A stretch of 64,000 bases of DNA from Carcharhinus longimanus (Eukaryota). The DNA lies in NCBI GenBank assembly GCA_030264375.1, contig JASCQW010000190.1, forward strand, positions 104,154,047 through 104,218,046, read 5' to 3'. The notes under the pieces were generated by a model, which saw nothing but the letters and a program-made list of their open reading frames with translations, did no database searches and was not told where the DNA came from. A program made the position numbers and the translations under genes. This document shows positions 52,763 to 63,970 of the stretch, in pieces. How positions within the stretch are numbered: position 1 is the stretch's first letter; each line of letters starts with the position of its first letter.

Positions 52763-55664
52763 GTCAGACAGTGTTTAGGAGAGACTTGGTGGAGGTTTTA
52801 CCATCATCACTTCATCCAAGCCCCTATCCCTACCTCGCCCAATCCCCCATCCCAACCCACCAGTTCAATACTTATTCTTTTCCCACCAGGCATTTGCTGA
52901 TCTTTGCTCAGTTCCTGCCACAGCACCGTGGTTAAGTTTAAAGAGGTCAGCAGAGGTGTGGTATTAAGTGGATTCACACCAACCTGTGATGTAATAGTAC
53001 TCCGGCATTACCAGCACTTGGTATTTTTAACAGCTGAAGCATGCATCCTTTACTCAAGCTGTTACGATGCCATGCATTATAATGTACTGCACTACAGCAA
53101 CTATTTCTTGCCTGTCGGGAAAGGCTAGTGAAATTGTGACTCTTTTCTGCACCAGAGGAAATCTGCAATTTTCAAATTTCAGTGAGCCGAACAAGTGTGA
53201 CATATTGCTTGGCATAACAAATGAAAATTCAAATCACTTTAATTCCTATACAATGCGTGAAAATTTTCTCAAGTGAGTTACATAGCAAACTAAAATGCTA
53301 CCAAGTAGTTAAAGAGTGAGCTTGTGGAAAGTGTGTGGCCCAGGCAATAGGGGTCGCACAACGTCACAGGATGTAAAATCAATGCTGCCTTCTTTTTGGC
53401 TATTGTGATTACAGTGATCGTGGCGGATCAAGAGAAAATGGGCTAAGTAGTTCACAGCAAAGCAGCTGCTAGGGCCAAACGCGGCTGAGTCCCATTGACT
53501 CTGCGGCTACATTCTCACATACGCTGGCGCTTTGTTGATGTCAAGTGTAAGATAGAATCTCTTAAGGTAATTCAAACATTGTTTTTAGCAGGGGGTGGCT
53601 TGGTGGAAGAAGAATGGTCAATGGTGCGTGTAGGAACATGGAACCCAATCATGACTATTGATATTCAGTGATACTATCTTGGAAGAATGAGTTTTGTGTC
53701 AGAAACTCAAATTGTAGCGCTCCTTTTGCTGGATCTAAAGTCCTGATTATGCACCCAATCTTTTGAGAATGACTGTAGCTCTATTTTTCCCATTCACTAC
53801 ATTGCAGAACACATAAAATTAAGAATATTAAGAATTTATTCAATTTTCTTTGCTAATATTTAACATTAGAATTTTAGTTTAGTTTATTTTTTCAAATTAA
53901 GCAGTCGATACTCTGAAGAGTTGAATCTTCCCTTTGCACAGATCATATTCATTACATTCAGCAAGTCTTTTTTTTCTGCCACTGAATAATTTGAGTTTTC
54001 AATCAATTATTTAACTGACACACAAGGGTGACATGCTGCCTGCATGTTCAGGGTGAAAGAAAACAATTAGACCCAGTTAGAAATAAGGTTCAATTTGAGG
54101 CATGTTTTGCGAAGGGGAGAATCTCCCACTGCCTTCTAAACACCATCAACATTCTCTCTCTGCTTCCAAAACTTCCCCAGGCAATCCAGCTGCAGAACCA
54201 TGCATTTTTACCGGTCGTAATTCTGCTTTCAGCAATTTAGGTAGCTGTGGGAATGAAGTGCGAGCGTTTAGATTGTCAGCATGCACTAGTTTGTCCCTTG
54301 GAGGGCCAATGGCAAACACGTCCTCTTTTTTGGGGGGATGCTGTTTTTATTGTAGTAAGCAGCTGTCTACTATTTCAATAAGAATTGAAACTATTTTGTC
54401 AGTCCAGGAAAAATTTCGTTCACAAAGCTTTCAGTGCGTTAAATGACTCAGTTCCATTGAGAACTGTTGCAAAATGCAGGGAAGAAACATTGCTTTCATT
54501 TTAACAAAGCGTCTCATTTATTTTGACGATATATTTATAATGCTTGTTATTAATATTTCCCTTCACTTTTGTTTGATGCCATATTGATGTATATTTTTAC
54601 TTGTATTTATTTTCTACTTTTATTTCTGCCTTTGTGTTCTTGGATTCTCCTTTTTTTTAATTTAACTTTTTAGAAGGTCATAACTTCACAGAAAGCTCAC
54701 TTTTGCTGTCTATGTTCCTTTTGGGAACGGAGACAGGAACATCAATCTGTCCTTTTTTTTCAATAACTTTCAGTGCCCTCCCGTTATTGTATTAAAAAAA
54801 ATTCCTTCCCCTCCTCTGAACTTCTTTCATTCCTCCAGTGTCTCTCCTTTCTCATTTTTGTCAACTCCCGATGTTCATCAGTGCTTATTTAATGAACTGA
54901 CTTTTCTCTTAACATTTAACCCATGTTAGCCTCTCCCTTGTGATATTTATGATTCATTTTAACATCCTTATTATTCACATCACCCGCCTCCAATTTCACA
55001 TCCAACCGTAACTGAATATGCAGTGCCAACAGCATGCACTGCCGAACAGCTCGAAGTGCAAACCAGTGGGTTGAAACACCTCAAAGGGGTTTTCTACCCC
55101 ACACATGGCTCTTCATCTCCCCCCCCTCCCCACTCAGCCCATTTACCCAGCCCCACATTATGACTAGAGGCAGGGTAATCGCTTCTCAGATGTGGAGTGT
55201 CATGTCAATTAGTTCTGTAAAGTCAACCACTTATTCCATTGTTTCACTGACTTCTTGAGCGGCACGTAAACCCATTTTCATACCCACAACAAAGCCAAAT
55301 GAGGAGCTGCAGCGTTACAATGCAGCTGCTCATCGCTGCCTGCAATGATTTCTCAGAACTCTGGTGAAATTAAGTGAAATGGAACGTAACTATTCACTCC
55401 TCCAGCATCTGGGAATGATAAAGCACGGAATAAGGCCATTCATGCCTGTAGAAGCTCTTTGCTGGGGAAATCCAGCTAACCCAAAACCTCTGATCTTTCC
55501 TCATTGCGGTGGAATGTGTTCCCTTTTCTCTTTTGAATGTTAAGATTGAATCTGCACCCAGCACCCTCTCAGACTGTGCATTTCACACCACTGAATTAAA
55601 ACCAGTTTGCTGAATTAGACTGACCAGCAGTCCTGTTGCTGCTTAATCGTAACTTTTTAAATTT

Positions 55665-55795
55665 ATTTTCTCCATTATTCATCCATGGGATGTGGTCAAC
55701 ACCGGCTGGGCCAGCATTTATTGCCCATCCCTAACTGCCCTTGAACTGATTGCCTTTGTAGGTTATTTCAGGGGGCATTTAAGCGGCAACCACAA
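55665..55795 (-). mobile_element. 3' end of second-family SINE close to the PCDH19 donor
   Basis: catgggatgtgg..gctgggccagcatttattgcccatccctaa is the reverse complement of the 48590-48630 tail. Confidence 0.7.
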
Positions 55796-55974
55796 ATGTG
55801 CCAAGTTGTTTGATGAAGAGACTCAACTAACGTTTTACATTCCCCACCGACCCTAGGCTCTTTGTCAATACCGGGGGGGGGGGGGGGGGGGGGGCAACAG
55901 ATGGGGGTGAACTCATTCATACAACTGCGCTGGTCACGTACTAGCCTCTACAATGCCAGATTAAGTCAGGGGGC

Positions 55975-55980
55975 ACTCAC
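55975..55980 (-). other. 5' splice donor GAG|GTGAGT (phase 0) opening a PCDH19 intron of at least 56 kb
   Basis: Consensus donor right after ...MPLPE, the position where mammalian PCDH19 also has an intron before TENYS. An in-frame stop follows 4 codons later. Confidence 0.9.
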
Positions 55981-58443
55981 CTCAGGAAGGGGCATGCCAT
56001 TGATGATGAGATCCGGCTGCTGTTGGGAGTTTTGGGTGCTGGTGAAGGTGTGATACACGTGGTTTCCAGTCGTGTTCCTCGAGTTCTGATTCTCCACGTT
56101 TAGAAAGGTGGCCTCCGACCTCCGGCACCCTAAGGGCAAAGTCTGCTGGTGATAGTCAAAGTAGTTGAGGGAGGAGGTGAGCGAGGAGCAGCTGACCACG
56201 TTCATTTTGTCAGTCTCCTCCATGTCCCTGGGCACCAGCCGGATGTCATTCTTGCTGATCTTGCTCTTCTTCTTGGGTTTCTTCTGCTGCCCGTAGGAGT
56301 ACTCGGCCACCCTGCAGTTGTAGGTCCTGATCTCCTTGTTGTCCCTCTTGCACTTGACCGCCACGAAGATCATGGTGACAAAGAGGATGGCAGCAATGGA
56401 GCCCAGGGCGATGATGAAGATGAGAGACAGATTGAGGGAGCCCGATGACTCCTGGGCATCCAGGGCAGGGGAGAGGTAGACCACAATCAGGGCGGTGGAG
56501 GACAGGGCGGGTTTGCCGTGATCCTGGGCCACCACAATCAGTTCATAGCTGGTGTCAGCCCCCTCGCCGAAGTTCCTGCTGGTGCGGATCTCGCCGCTGG
56601 TCTGGTCCATCTCGAAGAAACCCCTGGCCCCGTCTGCGATCTCGTAGGTCAGGCGGCCGTTGTCGCCCTCGTCGTAGTCATCGGCTTTGACCACGGTGAC
56701 CAGGTAGCCGGAGGCCACGTTCCTGGGGATGTAGACATCAGTGGTGCCGTTGACCAGAGGCGGGGCGGTGATGACCGGCACATTATCATTGACATCCAGC
56801 ACGATGACCCTGACGGTGCTGTTACTGTCCAGCGCCGGGCTGCCCCCGTCTCTGGCCATCACCTTGAACTCGAAGGAGCGGGTCTGCTCGTGGTTGAAGG
56901 ACCTCAGGGCGTACACGTCCCCCGAGGTGGGGTTGATGGACACGTAGGTGAAGACGGGCATGTCTTTGACCTGGGACGGGACGATCTGGTAGGAGACGCT
57001 GCCGTTCAAGCCCAGGTCCAGGTCGCGGGCGGAGACGGAGAGGAGGTGCGAGCCCGGCGTGTTGTTCTCCTGCACGATGACCTGGTAGAAGGGTTTGGAG
57101 AAGAGCGGGGGGTTGTCGTTCTCGTCCGTGATCCTGACGCTGAAGGACTTGGTGGCCTGCAGGGAGGGCGAGCCGCCGTCCTTGGCCAGGATGGTGAGGT
57201 TGTAGAGGTCCCGCTGCTCCCGGTCCAGCTGCCCGTCCACCAGGATGGTGTAGAAGCTCTCGTACTCCTGCAGCTTGAAGGGCACGTCCCCCAGGAGCTT
57301 GCACTCCACCCGGCCGTTGGCGCCGGAGTCGCGGTCGGAGACGCGGACCAGACCGATCACATAACCGGGGGGGGCGGCTTCACTCACCTCCACCGTCTGG
57401 CTGCTGACCGAGAAGAGGGTGATGACCGGCACGTTGTCGTTGACGTCCAGCACATTGACCGTCACCTTGCAGTGAGCCGGGATGGAGTTGGGTCCCAGGT
57501 CCTTGGCCTGGACGTCCAGCTCGTAGACGCTGCCCTCCTCGTAGTCGATGTCGCCGCGCACGGTGATGCCCCCGGTGCGGGGGTCCAGCTGGAAGAGCTC
57601 CCGGGTCCGCTCGGGCACGTAGCTGTTGAAGGAGTAGACCACCTGGCCGTTGGTGCCCTCGTCCGGGTCGCTGGCCCGCAGCTGGGTGACCAGCGAGTTG
57701 GCCGGGGCGTTCTCCAGCACCGACACGGTGTAGGCGCTCTTCTCGAACACCGGGTAGTTGTCGTTGGAGTCGATGACCCGCACCCGGAGCTGGGCCGTGC
57801 CCAGGTTGGGGGGCTGCCCGCCGTCCAGGGCGGTCAGCAGCAGGTTGTAGTGGGACTGCAGCTCCCGGTCCAGCGGCCGCTCCACCACCAGCTCGGCGAA
57901 ACGCGAGCCGTCGCCGCGGCTCTTGATCTCCAGGCCGAACAGCTCGTTGGGGCTGAGCTGGTAGCTCTGCACCCCGAACTGCCCGGCGTCCGGGTCGTAC
58001 GCGCTCTCCAGCGGGATGCGGGTGCCGGGGCTGGCCGTCTCCGAGATCTCCAGCTCGATCTGCTCGCTCGGGAAGCTGGGCGAGTTGTCGTTCAGGTCCA
58101 GGATCTCCACCTTGATCACGTAGATCTCCATGGAGTTGACCATCTCCTCCAGCGAGATCAGGCACTTGGGGCTCTGGCGGCACAGCAGGTCGCGGTCGAT
58201 CTTCTGCTTGGTGACCAGCAGCCCGGTCAGCGGGTTGATCTCCACCAGATGCGGCGCCGAGTTGGACAGGACGCGGAACAGGGGCACGCTCTGCTCCCAA
58301 GTTGAGAAGCCGGCGTCCTTGGCGATGTTCCCGATCACCGTGCCCGCTCTCTCCTCCTCCATCACCGAGTATTTCAGGTTGACCACGGCGCCAGCCCCAG
58401 TCCACAGCAGCAGCCAGAGCAGCAGAGGCGCCGGCACCTCCAT
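55981..58443 (-). CDS. PCDH19: Protocadherin-19 (delta-2 protocadherin), first coding exon (821 codons); gene continues left of the window
   Basis: ATG at 58443 in strong Kozak context (GGGATGG). Signal peptide [19 protein letters not shown]. Six cadherin repeats with DxNDN/DRE/DxD motifs and [31 protein letters not shown]19-diagnostic segments: [88 protein letters not shown]. The ORF-track extensions (GTG start; VSAP end) are UTR and intron. Confidence 0.96.
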
Positions 58444-59100
58444 CCCGCCTCGGTACCTGTTGATTTCCCCACTCATTGCAAGGGGATCCTGGACATGATG
58501 CGAGAGCAAAACCCAGCCTGGCCAAATCCTCGCTGCCCCTCTTGCAAAGTGAAGCAGCAAACTGCAAAAATCAGCCCCCCACCCCGCACACACTCAGTCC
58601 ACCTCCCCCCTCCCCAAGGGTCAAGTCTCTTTTTATTGTGGGGAGAGAGAGAGAGAGAGAGAGACTTGAACCGTTGCAAAGCTGCTCTCCGCTCAGCACT
58701 TCGTTCACCACTCAACCATGCCCAGACCCGCAGATCTTACAAAGATGTTGCGGCAGGAGGGTTCATTTGGATTCAGATCCCAGTCTGCACTCTTTCCTCT
58801 CCTCCTCCCCGCTCCGATGGAAGTTTATTTTGGAAGCACGCACTTGTGCATCCTGGCGGTGTGGGTTAGGAGCCCGGTGCTGCAGCAGCCCCCTCTCTCT
58901 CCTCTTTCTCACAGTGCTGCCATCACAAAGTGCAACTGAGCAGTGGCGACTCAGCCTGGCGCGGCTGAGTCCCGGGACCAGCTTCCGCTGCAGCCAATGA
59001 GAGCCAAGTGCAAGGATTGATCGGCAGCTGCAAATTGACAAGTTCTTTTGAACAATTTCAGGAGCGAAGGGGACGAGCGACCATTCCTGTGATCCCAGCA
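56200..59100. promoter_or_regulatory. CpG island over PCDH19 exon 1 and 5'UTR/proximal promoter
   Basis: Very high GC and abundant CpG against a CpG-depleted, AT-rich background. CCAAT at 58994. TSS cannot be determined. Confidence 0.75.
58643..58664. repeat. (GA)n/(TC)n microsatellite upstream of PCDH19 ATG
   Basis: Run gagagagagagagagagagaga. Confidence 0.9.
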
Positions 59101-59120
59101 AGAGAGGTGGAGCTTGTAAA

Positions 59121-60172
59121 ATGTGTCTGTTTGTGTGTGAGAGAGAGGAGTGTGAGTGTGTGAGAAATGTGAAGGGTGTATATGTGGGAGTGTTGGTGTG
59201 TGTGTGAGAGAGGGAGAGTTTATGTGTGGCTGTGTGAGATTGTATGGGAGTTTATGTGTGGTTTTGTTTGTGAGGAGCGTTTATGTATGAGAGAGCAGCA
59301 TTGGGTTGTTTAGTTGTGTATGTGTGGGAGTTTGTGTATGAGTGAGAAAGGAGTGTTGGGGTATATGTATCTGAGGGTGGTTGTGTGTGAGGAATGCTAG
59401 TGTGTGTGAGACAGGGACTGTTGGACTGTTTAGGTGTGTATGTGAGTGTCCTTGTGGGAGTTTGTGTGTGAGATGAGTGTTGGAGTGTGTATCTGAGAGT
59501 GATTGTGTGTGTGTGTGAGGAATGTTAGTGTTTGTATGTGAGAGGGGAGTGCTGGACTGTTTAGGTGTGTATGTGAGAGTGATTGTGGGGGAGTTTGTGG
59601 AGGAGTGTATGAGAAAGGAGTGTTGGAGTATATGTATCTGAGGGTGGTTGTGTGTGAGGATTGATGGTGTATGTGTGAGAGAGTGTTGGACTGTTTAGGT
59701 GTGTATGTGAGTGACTGCAGGAGTTTGTGTGTGAGTGGAGTGTTTAGGTGTGTATGTGGTGTTTGTGTGATTGTGTGTGAGAGGAATGTTGGGGTGTTGA
59801 GGTGTGTATGTGATTGTGTCTGTGTGGGAGTTTGTGTGAGGAATGTTAGTGTTTGTGAGAGAGAGTGCTGAGATGTGTGTGTGTGTGTAGAAGTTTGTGT
59901 GATGAATATTGGTGGTGAGAGAGGAATGTTGAATGTTGTGTGAGTGGGGGAGTTTTGTGTGATTGTGTGTAAGTGTTAAGGTGAGTATGTGAGTGTGTGG
60001 GAGCTTGTGTGTGAGTGCTGGTGGTGAGAGAGGAGTATTGAGTTGTGTCTATGTGAGTGTGTGGGAGTTTGTGTGTGTGTGATGAGTGTTGGTGGTGAGA
60101 GAGGAGTGTTAGTATTTAGGTGTGTATGTGAGTGTGTTTGTGTGGGAGTTTATGTGTGAGTGCGAGGCTGTG
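59121..60172. repeat. ~1 kb degenerate (TG)-rich low-complexity tract with internal higher-order duplications
   Basis: Almost C-free plus strand. The block gagaaaggagtgttgg..tatatgtatctgagggtggttgtgtgtgagga occurs at ~59344 and ~59611. Confidence 0.9.
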
Positions 60173-63100
60173 TAAAATACATCCAGTTGTAAATAGCTTG
60201 CAGATTGAACACAATTGTTTTGTCCATTTTCCAAATGGCGGTTTGAAAGCTATTCGTTTTCTTACACTTTGACAAGAAAGCAAATAGAATATCTGCTCGG
60301 CTTCCTCGAAGACTCATTAAAAGGCTAGGAAGTGGGAGATTAACATGGATGTAATTTGAAGAATCAATCTGTGTGCACCAGCATAATTATTATTGTGTTT
60401 AAATACCGTAATTATGGCAGAGCAGAGGCGGTGTCTATTTGCGTCGTATAATCACCTCCTGTGCTGCAGAAATTCCATTTCATTGGACATCAGAGAGAGA
60501 TTTAAGGTAGACATCTTCTAACTTAAAAGCAGATTACGTGAGAACAGATTTTCTTTCATTAAGAAAACCTTATTTTTGGAAGGGAGGGGAGGGGTAGGTG
60601 CATTTGGATCTTACTCTCACACATTCGGGAAAATAAATCAATCAGTTTGCTGCTTTTCTTGAAAGAGATCAGCTCTCTGCAGACAGCGCTTTGTTTTTAA
60701 AGTCGCCGGAGAGCCGCATTTAGGGTCTGCCGACAGAAATGACAAGATTTCCATTGCAATAACATCCCAACCAATAGGTTGACTTGTTCCCACTAGTCGG
60801 GTTGCAATTGAAATGAGTCAGCGAGATTCCTTTTTTTGTGTTGTTTGTTGTTGGCGGTGTTGATTCTGTGATTACGCACGGATCCACCGGGGTTCTTTGA
60901 AATGATGACACATACATGGAGCTCTTTGATGGTATTTTTTGTGGTCGACCCTGTCGGAACTGGGTGATCAATACAACTGAAGTGGCGCCTGTAATATTTG
61001 ATTGAGTACCCAGCGCGCAGTCTGAATGGGATTCCGTGCCATTAAAACTCCCCCAGGTACATTGGAATGGAATAAGGGTGCAGGTAAAAAAAATAACGCT
61101 GTAATGGGAGGGAGGGAGGGAGTGGGGGGGGGNNNNNNNNNNNNNNNNNNNNNNNNNNNNNNNNNNNNNNNNNNNNNNNNNNNNNNNNNNNNNNNNNNNN
61201 NNNNNNNNNNNNNNNNNNNNNNNNNNNNNNNNNNNNNNNNNNNNNNNNNNNNNNNNNNNNNNNNNNNNNNNNNNNNNNNNNNNNNNNNNNNNNNNNNNNN
61301 NNNNNNNNNNNNNNNNNNNNNNNNNNNNNNNNNNNNNNNNNNNNNNNNNNNNNNNNNNNNNNNNNNNNNNNNNNNNNNNNNNNNNNNNNNNNNNNNNNNN
61401 NNNNNNNNNNNNNNNNNNNNNNNNNNNNNNNNNNNNNNNNNNNNNNNNNNNNNNNNNNNNNNNNNNNNNNNNNNNNNNNNNNNNNNNNNNNNNNNAACCC
61501 CAAGTGTCAAGGGGAAAACGCCATTCAGTTAGTGGAGCAAATGCCCACTTGTAAAGGGAGACGGTCAAATTGCAAAGAGTGCGCATCGTGGCCAGGAGAC
61601 TGTGTGGGAGGGTTGCTGACATTTCAACAGCCAGTGTTACCGAGTCGCCATGCAGTGTGCGTTACAGCGCGTATGCAGAACCTGTGTTGGAAGTCAGATC
61701 TTCCTGATTTGCATAACAACTTGGGGGCGGGATTGAATTTGCACCTTCGTCCACTCCCTTGTGCAATAGGTATTTCGAGGCACCCTTTAGGGTTATTCTG
61801 GGTGTCAGAGCAATGTGAAAAATGAGGAAGTGATGTCCCCTTACTTTCCACATTCTCAAGATTTGGGGGAACTCTTCATGGATTCAGCTCGTCAGACACA
61901 TGTCTGTGCAACCAGTCCCGTTCCATCTTTAGTCTTGACTCGTGCGAAATGAAGGGATACACTCAATTAGTCTCCACATTCCGCGCAATCGATAAGTAAA
62001 AAATCTCCTTTATTGGTTCACCCAGCTCTTAAATACTTGGGAAGAATTGGAGAAATGAACCTCACTGGCGCCACACAGTGGACAGATTAAATGGACTATC
62101 TGGACACTCGCGAATGTACCCAAAATAATCCCAGTTGCCCCTTTGGGAACCTTGAGTGGACGGTTTCTCAGGCTTTCTGATAAGTTGTTTGTTAAGTTGT
62201 CACGGCAATGTATTAGCTTTACTTTTCACGCACACGGTCGGTCGCTGTCCGCTCGCAGTTGCACAGGCTTGCAGTCTTGTCGATGTTATGATTGTTTTAG
62301 CGCATCCCTTGTTTTGTTTTAACCGCGGTGAAATTAAAGACACAGTATGTGGCACTATGATAATGGTATGCCTCATATGCCAATGTAATCATTGTTTTCA
62401 CTTGCAATTAAGGTGCTTGGTGGGCCCTAACAATGGGCTTAATTGTCAGATATCCTCATTTAAATACAGCACTTGTTTTGTATTACATTCCAGCAAGGAT
62501 AGGTAACATTTGTTGATGGATTGTGAGACTAATTAGATTTTTAACTAAATTATTTGAGAACGTGAAANNNNNNNNNNNNNNNNNNNNNNNNNNNNNNNNN
62601 NNNNNNNNNNNNNNNNNNNNNNNNNNNNNNNNNNNNNNNNNNNNNNNNNNNNNNNNNNNNNNNNNNNAAATCATATCCCTGTCACTCTTTCTGACTTTGG
62701 AGGGCTGACTGGATATGAAGTGTTTGAAAAATGAAGGTTGATGTGTTAAGTTAGCTAGAGTGCTGTGTAAGGACTTAACTTCATGCTCACTGAAGCACAC
62801 ATGTACATGGTATACTCTGATGGAGAACCTCTGCATTTGAGTTTGGGCAGGGATTTGGCACGGTGAAACAAATTTCGAAAATATCTTGGCAAACTTAAAT
62901 ACTAGAAACTGCAGTGTCATCGACTATTGTCAGATAGAGTCACGTTAAAGAAAGTCCCTTGTTCCGCAGAGGACTCGCATTGGATTTGAATAATTAACTC
63001 TGCTTCTCTCTCCACACTTGCTGCCAGGCCAGCCGGGTTTTGTCAGCACCTTCTGTTTTTGTGTCTGGCTTTGGGCGAGGTTTCAGACTCCCAACTGATT

Positions 63101-63693
63101 AGATCAAGACTGGAAGGCTGCAGTATCAATACACGGAGCAATCTTCAAATTGTTTAAAACCCAATGCATGAAAAGCAGTTCTGAATTTCTTGATAGGGCT
63201 GCAGGCAGTAAGAGGACTTTTTTAGCTGTGTGTGTGATAACAACGCTTACAAAACATGAATATTTGCCTGCTTTCATTTTCATGAATCATGAAAAATGTA
63301 TGCCATCCTAATTTATACTAATGGGCTTTCAGTGAACAGACAATTCTTTTTGGGAAGAGTTTAAATTAGTCCTGGGCGTAGTCTCATAAATTGCAGCTTG
63401 ATACAGGTAACAACCTGTGGTTGTTTTTGCAACAATTAAAATAAATTGCTTCACATGTTATTACGAAAATGATTTATCATGTTACTCTGGTTTAAAATGC
63501 TTGAATAAGCAATGCGATTGCTTGCATGGAGACCACCAGTGTTTCAATGCTGATTTTGGTAAAAGGTAAAGTCATCAGAGTCCCAGATGACCACAGGCTT
63601 CTCTCCTCTTTGAGAGGGAAAGTTGGCTGATGGTGATTTAACCTGACAATCACCACACCTCAGGTGAAGAGCAAGGTTCAGAAAGCAGGACCT

Positions 63694-63970
63694 AAAAGTT
63701 TGTTTATTAGTCACAAGTAAGGCTTACATTAATGCTGCAATGAAGTTACTGTGTAATTCCCTTAGTTGCCACACTCTTGCGCCTGCTCAGGTCAATACAT
63801 CTAACCAACATGTCTTTCAGACTGTAGGAGGAAACTGGAGCTCTTGGAGGAAAGCCACACTGGTATAGGGAGAATGTGCAAACTCCACACACATCCAAGC
63901 CAGGAATCGAACCCAGTTCCTTGGCACTGTGAGGCAGCAGTACTAACCATTGTGCCACTGTGCCGCCAGT
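63694..63970 (-). mobile_element. V-SINE, tail B, inserted into a third-family SINE with GACCT target-site duplication
   Basis: GACCT at 63689-63693 and 63971-63975; host sequence resumes in register with the 45046-45269 copy. Confidence 0.88.

Noticed and set aside
56518-58305. 595-aa antisense ORF and 395/160-aa alternative-frame ORFs over PCDH19
   Set aside because: Shadow ORFs expected from extreme GC3 bias; low-information composition, and the 395-aa frame has no ATG.
55981-58443. PCDH19 as a processed retrocopy
   Set aside because: It has an upstream CpG island, an intact ORF and a canonical donor at a conserved intron position, with no poly-A or downstream exon sequence.
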